From assembly GCF_004010195.1 (NCBI RefSeq), contig NC_057719.1, positions 6,966,740 to 7,030,739 of the forward strand: 64,000 bases of DNA. Direction: 5' to 3'. Below the pieces are notes generated by a model that saw only the letters and a list, made by a program, of their open reading frames with translations, ran no database searches and was not told the origin of the DNA. Made by a program: the position numbers and the translations under genes. Numbering within the stretch: the stretch's first letter is position 1; each line of letters starts with the position of its first letter. The DNA is from Chiloscyllium plagiosum. Lineage: Eukaryota. Shown here one piece after another: positions 1-12,610 of this stretch.

Positions 1-242
1 GACCTGAGGGGCAACCTTTTCATGCAGAGGGTGGTACGTGTATGGACTGAGCTGCCAGAGGTGGAGGCTAGTAGGATTGCAACATTTAAAAGGCATCTGG
101 GTGGGAATATGAATAGGAAGTGTTTGGAGGGATATGGGCTGGGTGCTGGCAGGTGGGACTAGATTGGGTTGGGATATCTGGTCGACATGGATGAATTGGA
201 CTAAAGGTTCTGTTTCAGTGCTGTACATCTCTATTACTCTAT
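1..242 (+). mobile_element. CR1/HER1-like LINE 3' end
   Basis: End of ORF2 plus a 3' UTR ending ...gctgtacatctctattactctat; the same tail occurs at 26806, 36458 and (minus) 6284, 39779. Confidence 0.9.
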
Positions 243-456
243 TGGAGATTAATTCAGCAATACAAGTTGATGAATGCTTATTAATTTTTATCTATCTTAG
301 TTGGAAATAGTGAGGATTCTCCCATGCTGCTCTGGCACAGGCATTTGAATTAGAAGTAAGAAGGTAAATGAAGCCTTGAGTGTTGGAAGTGTACCATTAA
401 GCCTCTTTTAGAGCCTGTTTATGATCATAGAGCTATTTCTAGAAGAGGTTTCTTGT

Positions 457-674
457 CAAGGCGGTTCTGCTATAAAGTGTTTATTCAAAACGAATTGGCT
501 TTAACGCGATTGAAGAACTTAGGCCATTATTGGTAGAATGCAAACTTTCCTTACCTCTATTGGCTATAACACGATTCCGGCCCCATTAGCTTAAATGGGG
601 CAGCCAATACACCATTTTCTTAACGCGTGATTGTCCGAGAATGGAACTATCGTGTTATATCAGAACCCACTGTA
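457..674. mobile_element. Tc1/mariner (pogo/Tigger-like) MITE remnant
   Basis: Right end reads TA-CAGTGGGTTCTGATATAACACG on minus; left end ggttctgctataa (463-475) is a degenerate inverted copy; CpG-rich interior. Confidence 0.55.
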
Positions 675-982
675 CTGGCTCATGCCCAGCTACTGTGAAA
701 AGCTGCTACTCTGATATTGCAAGACTTTCTCTTCAACAGCCCGAACAATTTTAAGACTAACATTCATGCATCTGCATATGTTTTAGTATTGACATTTGCA
801 ATTGCAATACATCTCCTTTAGCAAATATTTGAGTAAATAGTTCACTCAAATGATCAAGATATCACAACATAAATTCTGTTGCTTTTCCATGAATTCTAGG
901 TCTGTGAAACAAATTGAATTGTCTAGACCTGTGATTTTCAAACTTTGTGCTGAGTCTGCCATTCTCCAACTTGGAATGTTTT

Positions 983-1282
983 TAGATTAGATTACCTACA
1001 GTATGGAAACAGGCCCTTTGGCCCAACAAGTCCACATCGACCCGTCGAAGAGTAACCCACCCAGATCCATTCCTCTACATTTACCCCTGACTAATGCACC
1101 TAACAACATGATGGGCAATTTAACATGGCCAGTTCACCTGTTCTGCACATCTTTTGGTTTGAGGAAATCCACACAGGCAAGGGGAGAACATGCAAACTCC
1201 ACACAGTCACCCAAGGTGGGAATCGAACTCAGGTCCCTGGTGCTGTGAGGCAGTAGTGCTAACCACTGAGCCACTGTGCAGC
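983..1282 (-). mobile_element. HE1-like tRNA-derived V-SINE
   Basis: tRNA-like A/B-box head (gtggctcagtggttag...gagttcgattcc), central tgtggagtttgcatgttctcc domain, CR1-like tail and (aatct)n. Confidence 0.9.
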
Positions 1283-1635
1283 TGTTTTGTAGCATGTATT
1301 TTTAATATCAGAGAAAATATATGCAGCACAGAAATCTGTGGTTATCGTAATTATGCTCATTTCTTTGTGGAGAAATGCCTTGATCTCTCAGATCCCAATT
1401 TGAAACTCATAGTATAAACGTGGAAACTTCTGGGATCCCGATTCTCTGAATTTGTTAATCCCAATCTTATTGTAATGCTTTCTATCCATTCCCCCAGTCT
1501 GTAGCCTGAGAACTCTTTTACTGCTGTACTATTTCATTTTGTACCGTATGCTGTAGTGATTTCATTTCAGCTACTAGATTTCACCATTCCCTTAAGACAG
1601 ACCTTGCTTACGAAGTCTTGGTATTCAACAGACTT

Positions 1636-1922
1636 AATAGAATCCCTACAGTGTGGAAACAGGCCCTTCGGCCTAACAAAGTAAAAACAATGACTGCAGA
1701 TGCTGGAAACCAGATTATGGATTAGTGGTGCTGGAAGAGCAATTTCCCCTTCAGGCACCTCACCCTAGTTCCAAACTTCCGGCTCAGCACTGTCCCATGA
1801 CTTGTCCGGACTTGTCCTACCTGCCTATCTCCTTTTCCACCTATCCACTCCACCCTCTCCTCCCTGACCTATCACCTTCATCCCCTCCCCCACTCACCCA
1901 TTGTACTCTATGCTACTCTCTC
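1636..1922. mobile_element. SINE tail fragment followed by oppositely oriented PLE 3'-end fragments
   Basis: ctgcagatgctgg...gtgctggaa PLE end motif, then a pyrimidine-rich 3' UTR resembling 27660-27840. Confidence 0.6.
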
Positions 1923-1924
1923 TC

Positions 1925-2688
1925 AATGGCTAATGTCAATGCCAAGCACAAGACGCTAAGTGAAGGAGACCATTTACTTCAGGGGGCAAATTGTGGATAG
2001 CAACTACAGGAATGGCTCTGCATGGGTCAGAGGCATGGTTGTCGCAAAGTTAGGTCCAGTAAGGTATAAGGTTTTGATTGGTGTGATGGTCCTGAACAAG
2101 CACGTGGACCATAAGAAAGCTGCAAACTTGTAACTGGTGTGGTAGCAAAACATGCCAGGCTCCTCTCAAGCCTGTCCAATTGTCTCAGAATCTGTGGGAT
2201 CTCCCCCTCAATCAGGCATTGGAAATACCTCAATCTGAGATGGACGGCATGGATGTCACAGCTTCGACATCTGTGCAGCCTGAAGAAGAAAATTAATTTC
2301 TTCCAAGACACTCCGGGTGCGAGAAATGAGCTATTGTGCATTACCTGCTGGCTGTACCAGAGGCAGAGTGGGAGGAGCCTGACCCCAGGAGGAGCTCCAA
2401 AACAAAACCGCCCATGTCCTCTGACTTGGAGGTGGAAGGATATAGTGATTGTAATGAGGCCAACACGTGGATCTCAAAGATTGAGTTCCTTGATTGGGGC
2501 TGTTAATCTGGTCCAAGCAGGAAGCCTTGGCTGTCAGATAAGAACAGGAGGGCATCCCCTTCACTTTGACATAAGCAAAGCCCAATAAGGGAAATGCTTG
2601 TTGATGTTTCACTAGCCATGTGGATATTTTTGTGGAGGTGCAAAATCTAGAATAAAGTTTTTGCACAATGGTGTCTTTTTAATGTGTC

Positions 2689-2732
<44 letters not shown>

Positions 2733-2870
2733 CTATGGGTGATTTAGGAAAAAAAGGATCAAAAACAACAAAAAGTGCCAGACATCCTGTCCTCTCTGGG
2801 AGCTGGATCAGTGTCAAGAACTCTGCACATGTAAATAAAGGGTGACTTGGTGACAGGATATTTTATTTCA
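1925..2870 (+). mobile_element. Ty3/Gypsy retrotransposon 3' end: integrase C-terminus, PPT and 3' LTR
   Basis: 1990-2133 reads IVDSNYRNGSAWVRGMVVAKLGPVRYKVLIGVMVLNKHVDHKKA (GPF/Y-type integrase tail); purine tract ~2428-2440; LTR ~2441-2870 with AATAAA at 2834, ending ...tttca; same LTR at 20155-20373. Confidence 0.75.
2691..2726. repeat. (TG)n microsatellite
   Basis: About 18 uninterrupted TG units. Confidence 0.95.
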
Positions 2871-2994
2871 GTAAAATTATAGTCATTGCAACTATAACTT
2901 AGTCATATAGCATAGAAACAGGCCATTTGTTCCACAATGTGCTGACCAGCAATCAGCAAATTAGGCTATATAGGGACTTGATAAAATCTTAAAA

Positions 2995-4334
2995 GTTGGT
3001 TGAGCTTTGGGTGAGTTACTTGAAAGTTTTGTGAGATAAAATATACATGCATTTGGAAAGACAGGGTTTGATTTCAGGAGTAGTCACCATGACTTTGTGA
3101 GTGGGAGATCATGCCTCTCAAATTTGTTAGAATCTTTGAAGTGACCAGGATGATTGAGGGCAAGGTGGTAGATGTAGTCGATATGGATTTCAGTAAGGCA
3201 TTTGATAAAGTTCCACATGGTAGGCTGCTCTGGAAGGTTAGATCACATGGAATCCAGAAGGAGTGGCCAAATTGGATACAAAATTGGCTCAATGATAGGA
3301 AGCAGTGGGCAATAGTGGAAGGATGCTTGTCAGACTGGAGGCCTGTGCCTAGTGGAGTGCCTCAGGTTGGTGATGGGCCCATTGCAGTTTATCTGTATCA
3401 ATGCTTTGGATGAGGATGTAGAAGGCATAATTAGTAAGTTTGCAGATGACACTAAAATAGACAGTATCGTGGACAGTGAGGAAGGTTGTCAGAAATTGCA
3501 AAGCACCTTGATCAGCTGGGGAAGTGGGCTGAGAAATGGCAGATGGAATTCAGTATAGATACGTGTGAGATCTTGTATTTTGGAAAGTCAAATCAAAGTA
3601 GGAGTTTCATGATGAATGGTAAGGTCTTGAGTGTAGTCGAATCTAGGGATCCTGAAGTAGAGCTTCCCAGTTCTCTGACAGTGGAGTCACAGGTAGACAG
3701 TACAGTGAAGAAGGCTTTTGGCACTCTGGCCTTCATCGGTCCAAGCGCTGAGTATTGAAGTTGAGAAATTATGTTGCAGCCGTACAGGACATTGGTGAGG
3801 CCGCATGTGGAGTATTGTGTTCAGTTTTCATCACCTTGTTTTAGAAAGGATGTTATTAAACTGGAAAGAGTGCAGAAAAAATTGAGGATATTGCCAGGAC
3901 TCGAGGGTTGGAGTAACAGGGAGAGGTAAGATAAGCTAGGACTTTGAGTCTAGGAGACTGAGGAGGGAACCTTTAAAAGTGTACAAGATCATGAGAGGCA
4001 TGGATATGGTGAATGCACTCTCTTTTTTTCCAGGATCGGGGAATCGAGGACTTGAGGGCATCAGCTCAAGGTGAGAGAGGAGAAAAATAAAAGGGACCGG
4101 AGGGGCAACTTTTTTAGAGATTGGTATGCACATAGAATGAGCTGCCAATGGAAGTGCTCGAAGTGAGTACGTTAATAACATTTAGAAGGCATTTTTACAA
4201 ATGTATGATAGGAAAGGATTAGAAGGATATGGGTTAAGTGCAGGGAAATGGGGTTAGCATGGATGGATGTTTTGGATGGCATGGACCATTTCGGGCCAAA
4301 GGGCCTGTCTTCATGCTATAGGACTGTATGACTT
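2995..4334 (+). mobile_element. 5'-truncated CR1-clade LINE (degraded RT and 3' UTR)
   Basis: RT motifs [24 protein letters not shown] broken by frameshifts. Confidence 0.92.
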
Positions 4335-4885
4335 TGTTAGTGTTTGCCAAGAGCTGACTGTTATTGATTGTTTTATCATTAAAATTGTCGCTGATATTTG
4401 GATTCTGTTAATTAGGGTTTTGAGGATGTGTATTGAATAATGTGTGCAGTGCTATCTCTATATTCTGTTCCCTTGAGTTCTTTTGCTGGTGCAAAATTAT
4501 CTTAATGTTTTCTGAGTATTCTTTGAGTGTGTACCACTTTTTATTAGATGAGCAGTTTCTTCAAGAGGGTATTGTTTCCCTTTTCATGCATATCATCTCT
4601 GTGCCCACTCATTACGTTTACCCCTCCAAACACTGCTTGCAGCATATTTCGTTATGTTAACTGGCCTTTTACTCTTATTCAATACTTTGTATTGAAAAAT
4701 GGAACAAGGCTGATATCAATATTTCTTTTCCACAGCGCCTCTTCAAAGGAATCTCTTGCATTCCATTTCACACCTTGTTCTGGATGAAATTCCTGAACTG
4801 CAGATAAGAAGAAATTTAATCAGCAACTGGGTGCCAACCCATTTTCAAGTGTAATGGTTTAAACTCCTGATACCCAGTTTGAAGT

Positions 4886-5016
4886 AGAGGAGAAAGTGAG
4901 GTCTGCAGACGCTGGAGATCAAAGCTGAAACTTTATTGCTGGAACAGCACAGCAGGTCAGGCAGCATCCAGGGAACAGAAGATTCGACGTTTCGGGCACA
5001 TGCCCTTCTTCAGGAA
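4886..5016 (-). mobile_element. PLE 'family A' 3' pseudo-LTR fragment
   Basis: Matches the recurring gagaaagtgagg.ctgcagatgctggag...tttcgggca..gcccttc.tcagg unit. Confidence 0.8.
4983..5016 (-). ncRNA. minimal type I hammerhead ribozyme motif
   Basis: Minus strand: uuc CUGAAGA a GGGCA-ug-UGCCC GAAA cg UC gaa; intact core, helix II, 3-bp helix I. Confidence 0.75.
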
Positions 5017-5044
5017 GTAGAGACCATCAACCTTTGTTATATTT

Positions 5045-6283
5045 GTTGTGGGTATGTTCGCCTAACAGGGAAGTTAGTTTGCAGATGTTTTGTCCCCTTT
5101 CCAGGTGACATCCTCAGTACTATGCATCCTCCTGTGAGGCTCTGTTGCACTGTCAGCTGGAATTTATTTGGTTTGTTTTGCCTGCTTCCAGTTGTTAGTT
5201 GCAGTGATCGGTATATTGGGTCTAGGTCAATGTTTTTATTGATTGAGTCAGTGGATGAATGGCATGCTTCTCAAAATTCTCTGGCTGTGTTCTGGTTTGT
5301 CCTTTTGTGTTGTCCAGCTGATTTGTGGTTCTTATCGGTGTGTATAACCACTAGGGACAGCTGGTCATGGCGCTTAATTGCAAATTGATCTTCATGAAAG
5401 TAGATGGCTAGTTGTCTGCATGTCTGTCCTTCGTAGTGTTTGGAGCAGACCCTGCATATAATCTTGTACACCATATTTGTCCTGCACACGATGGCTATAG
5501 GATCTTTTTGTTCTGGTGAGTTGTTATCTGAGCATGGCTGTTGGTTTGTGCTGTCATGAATCTGAGAGATCTGGCTGTCGGTTCTGAGATTTTTTTTATG
5601 TAAGGTAGAGTGGTTAGTGTGTTGGCTTGTGGCATGTCCTGGCTATGTTGTATGTCTGCAGGGCATCTCCGGATGAAGTTGTGGGGATATCTGTTCTTGG
5701 CAAAGACTTGGAGTGTTCTTTTTTTCTTCTCAGATTGGTAGTGCTGTAGTGTGTTGTAGCCCTTTTGAACAGGGTCCTAATGCAGATTCTCTTGTGTGTG
5801 TTTGGGTGGTGGTGGTTACAGTTCAGGATCTTGGCCGTGTTGTGGCTTTTCTGTACACATATTTGTGCGTCTCCTGTTCTTTCTACCATCACATCTAGGA
5901 ATGGGAGTTGGTTGTTAGTTTCCTCTTCTCTCTTTGATCCTTGTGAGCATGATGATAATTCAGTGTGTGCTCATGATATGTTAATAATTTCAAAACTGTC
6001 ATCCACTTATCCAAAGTTTGGGTCTGATTTGTGGGAGGGCTTTTTGTTCTATACGAGCCCAAAGATTTGTTCATATATCTGGCTGCTGAAAATGAAGTGC
6101 ATCATCAAGCACAGGTCCAGTAGCTTGAGTACGCAGTCCTTGTTGATTTGGTTCTCCATCATGTCATCTATTCTGTTTGTCCAGCAGGTTGGCTTTTGTC
6201 TCTTTTAAGGTTTTGGCAATCAAGGTAAACAGCACCATTACATTGAATGAGACCATTGCTTCGTCCTGGTCTACGTTAATGTT
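5045..6283 (-). mobile_element. Penelope-like element (RT C-terminal part and GIY-YIG endonuclease)
   Basis: VYKIICRVCSKHYEGQTCRQL (GIY-YIG); HPNTHKRICIRTLFKRA; MVSFNV.VLFT RT motif; continues at 7946-8025 beyond the inserted LINE. Confidence 0.88.
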
Positions 6284-7945
6284 ATAGAGTCATAGAAATG
6301 TACAGCATGGAAACAGACCCTTCGGTCCAACCCATCCACATTAACAAAAAACCCCACCAAATCTAGTGCCACCTACCAGCACCCTCCAAACCCATATCCC
6401 TCCAAACCCTTCCTATTCATATATCCATCCAAATGCCTCTTAAATGTTGCAATTGTACCAGACTCCACCACTTCCTCTGGCAGCTCATTCCATACGCTTA
6501 TCACCCTCTGTGGAAAAAGTTGCCCCTTAGGTCTCTTTTGTATCTTTCCCCTCTCACCCTAAACCGATGCCCTCTAGTTCTGGACTCCCCCACCCCAGGG
6601 AAAAGACTTTGTCTACTTATCCTATCCATGACTCATAATTTTATAAACCTCTATAAGGTCATCCCTTAGTCTCCAGTTCTCCAGGGAAAGCAGCCCCAGT
6701 CTGTTCAGCCTCTCCCCATAGCTCAAATTCTCCAACCCTGGCCAACATCCTTGTAAACCTTTTCTGAACCCTTTCAAGTTTCACGACGTCTTTCCGATAG
6801 GAATGAGACCAGAATTGCACGCAATATTCCAACAGTGGTCTCACCGATGTCCTGTACAGCCGCAGCATGACCTCCCAACTCCTGTACTCGATACTCTGAC
6901 TGATAAAGGAAAGTATACCAGACACCACCTTCATTATCCTATCTACCTGCGACTCCACTTTCAAGGAGCTATGAACCTGCACTCCAAGGTCTCTTTGTTT
7001 AGCAAAACTCCCTCTGACCTTACCATTAAGTGCATAAGTCCTGCTAAGATTTGCTTTCCCAAAATGCAGCACCTCGCATTTATCTGAATTAAGCTCCATT
7101 TGCCACTTCTCAGCCCACTGGCCCATCTGGTTAAGATCCCGTTGTAATCTGAGGTAACCTCCTTCGTTGACCACGACACCTCCAATTTTGGTATCATCTG
7201 TAAACTTATTAACTATACCCATTATGCTCACATCCAAATCATTTATATGAATGACAAAAAGTAGAGGGCCCAGCACCGATCTTTGTGGCACTCCACTGGT
7301 CACAGGCCTCCAGTCTGAAAAACAACCCTCCACCACCACCCTCTGTCTTCTACCTTTTGAGTCAGTTCTGTATCCAAATGGCTGTATTCCGTGTGACCTA
7401 ACCTTGCTAACCAGTCTCCCATGGGGGACCTTGTCGAATGCCTTACTGAAGTCCATATAGATCACATCTACTGCTCTGCCCTCCTCAATTCTCTTTGTTA
7501 CTACTTCAGAAAAACTCCAATCAAGTTTGTGAGACATGATTTCCCACGCACAAAGCCATGTTGACTATCCCTAATCAGTCCTTGCCTTTCCAAATACATG
7601 TACATCCTGTCCCTCAGGCTTTCCTCCAACAACTTATCCACCCCTGATGTCAGGCTCACTGGTCTATAGGCCATGATCCCTAATCAGTCCTTGCCTTTCC
7701 AAATACATGTACATCCTGTCCCTCAGGATTCCCTCCAACAACTTATCCACCCCTGATGTCAGGCTCACTGGTCTATAGTTCCCTGGCTTGTCCTTACCAC
7801 CCTTCTTAAACCGTGGCACCACGTTAGCCAACCTCCAATCTTCCGGTACCTCACCTGTGACTATTGATCCAAATATCTCTGCAAGAGGCCCAGCAATCAC
7901 TTCCCTAGCTTCCCGCAGAGTTCTAGGATACACCTGATCAGGTCC
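6284..7945 (-). mobile_element. CR1/HER1 LINE inserted into the PLE RT
   Basis: 292-aa ORF with DFSKAFDKVPH, SGVPQRSVLGP, KFTDDTK; upstream PGNYRPVSLTS; tgtt at both junctions (6280-6283, 7946-7949). Confidence 0.95.
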
Positions 7946-8025
7946 TGTTCTTGATATTTTCTCGGAATTCCTGTGGTGATTGCATGGAGTGTTTGGATCC
8001 GCCGATTAAATGTTTGAGTTTTTGT
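7946..8025 (-). mobile_element. upstream continuation of the split PLE RT
   Basis: Reads QKLKHLIGGSKHSMQSPQEFRENIKN and joins NVDQDEAMVSF at 6280. Confidence 0.75.
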
Positions 8026-8276
8026 CATATGTACTCAAGCTGTCATCCAAACACAGATACATATGTTTTTAATCGATCAGTTCAGGGATACTAATACACA
8101 TATTGAGAGTAGATAAGACTTGAAGCTGGACCTTCTGCCTCAAAATTATGGACCCTACCACTGTTCCATAAGAATCCTCAAAACTTTAATAGAGAGGAAG
8201 CAGTGGCGACATCTATGAGAAGTCTTGAATCACCAACCTTCTTGGTTAGTAGCTGAATATGCTGACCAAATATGCC

Positions 8277-9178
8277 TGTGTGTAAAGCGGAGGTTGACCC
8301 CATTCAGAACTAAAACCAAAACACCCAAGGAGGAACATCTCACTCTATAATCGGTTAAAAAGAGTGCCAGAAGGGGTGTAACCAGTTTTTCAGCAACCTG
8401 TAGTGGTTAAAAGAAATGCTTGACACACACTTTAGTCAACACTTAACAATTTATTTATCTAACTCTCATAATGTGAACAAATTAGCTAAACTATTGAACA
8501 AACTGAACAAATCCCTTCTAACGACTAAGTATTAACTAGTAACCATTCTTGAATAATGCAAGATTGTAATGATAGGCTGTTCCAACAAATAGGAGTCCCA
8601 CTCAACAAAAAACGTCTCTTAAAAATTACGGCCAGATTGCACGTCTTCTGGAGTGTCCTGTGCCGCCTCTGTTGTTCTGTTATTATTTGCTTTCTTAGTT
8701 GTTCTTCTGTCAGGAACATCTTCCCATCACTGGTACTGTTATTATCTAGATGGTCCTTTCTCTAATAGATGGTTGTGAGATTCTCTCTGGAGCTGAGGGC
8801 TTTTAGCTCTGGCAAATAACAATTAGTTATGGTGTCTTTGTCCAACTGCCCCCCTTATTTTATACCTTGAAGTTGTATTAATTTCTTACAATAAGTTTGG
8901 TCTCGTTGTCAAATTCATCAGATTTAAATTTAATAGGTTTTTGGAAAGTAAGGGCCTGGTTTAAATTGGCTATATTCATATCCTGTCGTCTTGTTAAAAA
9001 CTGCAGCTTGATCTACATTTTGATACAAATGTTACAGTTCGAGTGCTGTCTATGCACCTGCAAACTTTAAAATTGCTGTTCACAAACATTCATTTTTAAA
9101 TCTAAGCACAGAAAAAGCACCATCTTTTAAAGGAACGGCTCAATGCTTTCCCTATTTTAAAATTTTGCGCACATCACC
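8277..9178 (-). mobile_element. probable solo LTR related to 42401-43084
   Basis: Colinear patchy similarity to the 42401 LTR at the start and over the distal third; tttatt (AATAAA on minus); ends uncertain. Confidence 0.5.
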
Positions 9179-9548
9179 AAATTCTAACTTCCTGCCTTCC
9201 AAATCTACAATTACTCTACCCACTTTTGCAACAATATTTTATCTATCTTTTCAAAGATAACTACACAACTCTAGAGCAGATGATACTTGAATCCGGGTCT
9301 CCTGGCTCAGAAATGGGGACACTACTGCTGTGCCACAAGAGTTCTTCCTCTCTTTCTGTGTGCTTAAGGTGAATTTATACTATTAGCATATTGAACAGAT
9401 GCATCTAAAATGCTGTTCCATTGAATTGGTGGAAGGGTTGATCATAAGTGATCTTGTAATTGGATGTCACAGATGTCTATTTATTTGTAATTGAGGCTGC
9501 ATACTGTGTCTCATCAGTTCTGCCTCATTTCTGCCTTTAAGATTATAG

Positions 9549-9733
9549 TCAGGAGTTGCACAACACCAGGTTATAGTCCAGCAGGTTTACTTAAAATCAC
9601 AAGTTTTTGGAGCACTTTACCTGACAAAGGAGCAGCACTCCAAAAGCTTGTGATTTCAAATAAACTTGTTGGATGCTAACCTAGTGACTTCACTTTGTCC
9701 ACACCAGTCCGACACCAGCACCTCCACATCATC
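9549..9733 (+). mobile_element. PLE 'family B' fold-back mini-insertion
   Basis: Inverted arms plus ~35-nt tail, homologous to 45130-45332; 11-bp TSD taagattatag at 9538-9548 and 9734-9744; hammerhead core decayed. Confidence 0.8.
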
Positions 9734-9955
9734 TAAGATTATAGATAACTGTTGCATTTGCAATTTGATTTTAAAGAAAAGTTTGCCATGTAAATATGTA
9801 TAAAAATAAAACACACACAATGCTGGAAATCAAAATAAAATCGGACAGTGCTGGAACCAGTCACTCTGGTCAATTGGCATTAGGTGGAAAGAGAGTTGAT
9901 GGTGCCATGATCTTCCATCAGAACATGTGCATTCTGCTTATATTAAGAATGATTC

Positions 9956-10074
9956 AAAGTTTGTGCGAAGAAGCGCTTCGCAGGAGGCTCCCAAGCACTG
10001 ATGATGTCGCCTAGCCAGGGGACGAAACGTTTGCAACAAAAACTTCCAGCTCGGCGAACAGAACCACATCAAGA
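9956..10074 (+). mobile_element. PLE pseudo-LTR mini-insertion (family of 5045/15712)
   Basis: Homologous to the PLE 3' end at 15712-15815; TSD aatgattc at 9948-9955 and 10075-10082. Confidence 0.75.
9995..10034 (+). ncRNA. minimal type I hammerhead ribozyme motif
   Basis: gca CUGAUGA u GUCgCCU-agcc-AGGgGAC GAAA cg UU ugc; helix I gca/ugc. Confidence 0.75.
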
Positions 10075-10122
10075 AATGATTCTGTGGGATTTAGAAGAAA
10101 TGGAGAGCCTGACGTATGTTGA

Positions 10123-10249
10123 CAGAAAGTGAGGACCGCAGATGCTAGAGATTAGAGTCCAGAGTGTAGTGCTGGAAAAGCACAGCAGGTCAGGCAGAAT
10201 CTGAGGTGTACGAGAATCGACATTTTGGGCAAAAGCCCTCCATTAAGAA
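10123..10249 (-). mobile_element. PLE family A pseudo-LTR fragment (decayed hammerhead)
   Basis: Similarity to 4886-5016. Confidence 0.8.
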
Positions 10250-10881
10250 GCCATAGCAGTCATGTACCTGATGGTGTGAGCCTGTGACTTAATGAGGTTC
10301 TGGACTGGAGCACAACAACTATTTTCTTAAAAGTTGAATTGAGTATAACAGCAGGAGCCAGCACATTGTTAATGCAGCATGAGGCTGTCACATTGAGGTT
10401 CTATTGACAAGTGATTAGAGGGGCTATTTTTCATGAGTGGAATACCTTGACTTTAGATTCAAAAGTGAATTTCTTAATAGTGAATTAACTGTTGTACTTA
10501 ACAGAAATGTTTCTCTTTGTGCCATTCCCAAAAAGACTAGTCTGTAAACTGGTGTATAGGGTCAGGCCCCACACACGCATGCATGCTGACACGTGTGCTT
10601 CCTCTGTGTGGAGCAGTAAGCCTACCTTAAAGCACAAAGCTAGCAGTCCTTAAATTTGTGTGGGGGGTTTGGAATTCATTGCCATCTGTTGCTTGGCATT
10701 GGAGAAGAATTCCTTTCTTGCCTGTGTATCGCCATAGCAATACAGTTGAGATAAAAAGCAAGCAGTTGCCATAGTGATGATCTGACAGCCTATCTCCTCT
10801 CAGTAGAGGAGATGGCCATTGGAGCTGGTTAATTCACATTCCTTGAGGCCTAGTCGGCATGCTTTGTTGGATTTCGAGTTA

Positions 10882-11091
10882 TGAACGTAGAAAGTACAAT
10901 ATTATAGTGTAGTACAGGCCCTTCGGCCCTCTGTTCTGCCGACCTGTGAAACCAGTTTGAAACCCATCTAACCAACACTATTCCATTTTCGTCCATATGT
11001 CTATCCAATGCTCATTTAAATGCTCTTAAAGTTGGTGAGTCTACTACTGTTGCAGGCAGGCCGTTCCACGCCCTTACTACTTTCTGACTAA
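10882..11091 (-). mobile_element. CR1-clade LINE 3' end
   Basis: caggcccttcggccc tail motif; gagtta repeated at 10876-10881 and 11092-11097 (possible TSD). Confidence 0.7.
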
Positions 11092-11844
11092 GAGTTAGTG
11101 GTGCTTTGCTTGTCTTACATGCTGTATTTCCAATGCAAGTGTGTAATTAAAGGAATACACTTTAAAGAAAATTATGGTGGCATTCGAGGCTTTTTGATGG
11201 CTTTGCCTTTTTGCTTGTTTGTTTTTCACTCTTTTCAAGGGAGGCATTGTTGCAAACTCCATCCAGATGGGCAAGTATGATTGACTTGTATGTTTTTTGC
11301 ATGGTGACTGCAATAGATGACTTAACGAGTGACATAATGTTACATTTGATGACCTGGTCAAAAGTCTTTCAATTCATTTTATAGCTGCAATACCTGGTGG
11401 CCCATACTCTTGAACTACTCGATTATCCTGTGTTCTCCTTGACCTCACAGCCAGTGGTATCCATTTCAGCCATTGTGCCCTGCTCTCTGCTGTCAACTGT
11501 TTGTTCTTAAAAGCCACCTAAAGAAAAATCTATCTTACTGAATGTTCACTTTGACTATCTCTTCAACCAATTATTTCCTTTTCCATTCCTGTCCTTGTTC
11601 ATTTTACCAAAATGCAATACCTGACAATTATCTAAATTCGTAGCAGAATGTGTTTGCACTGTTTGCTAACAAAGTGGAAATTGTTACCCATTGCTCTACA
11701 CTTTTACATGTTGCTGTTCCTTGTATGTGGTGGTTTATAGAAATTTAAGTTTTCACTGACTTTCTCTGTGATTGTTCTAATCTTAGGAATTGAGTATTGT
11801 ATATCTTGTTTATTTCTCTCTACTTTCTATCATGTGAAAAAATT

Positions 11845-12610
11845 GATGTCAGAGTCATACAGCACAGAAACAGACCCTTCAATCCAACTTGTTCATTCCA
11901 ACCAAATTTCTCAAGCTAAACTATTCCCATTTCCCTGCATTTGGCCCAAATCCATCTAAACCTTTCCTATTCATGGACCTGTCCAAATGTGTTTTGTATG
12001 TTGTAACTGTACCTGCATCTATTGCTTTCTTTGGCAATTCATTCCACTAATGTGTGAAAAAGTTGCCTCTCAGGTACCTTTTTAAATCTTTCTCCTCTCC
12101 CCTTAATTATATGTCCCCTAGATTTTAACTCCCCCCACACTGGGGAAAAGATCTTTGCTATTCACCTAACATAAGCCGCCTCATGATTTTATTAATCTCT
12201 ATAAGGTTACCTCTCCACTTCCTCCACTCCAGTCGGGGGAAAAAAGTCCGAGCCTCTCCTTATAACTCAAATCTTGGTATACCTTTTCTGGACCCCTTCC
12301 AATTTAATAATAATCTTCCGAAAGCAGAGCAACCAGAACTATACACAGTATTCCAAAAGTGACCTCACCCATGTCATATACAACCTCAACATGACATCCC
12401 AACTCTATACTCAGATGTTTGAGCCATGAAGGCAAATGTGTTAATTCCTTAACCACCCTGACTACCTGTGATGCAACTTTCAAAGAGCTATGTACCTGAA
12501 GCCCTAATTCTCTCTGTTCAACAACGCTATCCAAGGCCCTACCATTAATTATATAAATCCTGTCCTTTTTCCGTTTTACTAAAATGCAATACCTGACAAC
12601 TATCTAAATT
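11845..12610 (-). mobile_element. 5'-truncated CR1 LINE
   Basis: EQRELGLQVHSSLKVASQV segment and CR1 tail. Confidence 0.88.

Noticed and set aside
6659..7537. Longest ORF (292 aa) as a functional reverse transcriptase
   Set aside because: It is a 5'-truncated CR1 fragment with no endonuclease, internal deletions and flanking frameshifts.
10773..10785. Adjacent C-box/D-box motifs (gtgatga, ctga) as a snoRNA
   Set aside because: The boxes are only 1 nt apart, leaving no guide region or terminal stem.
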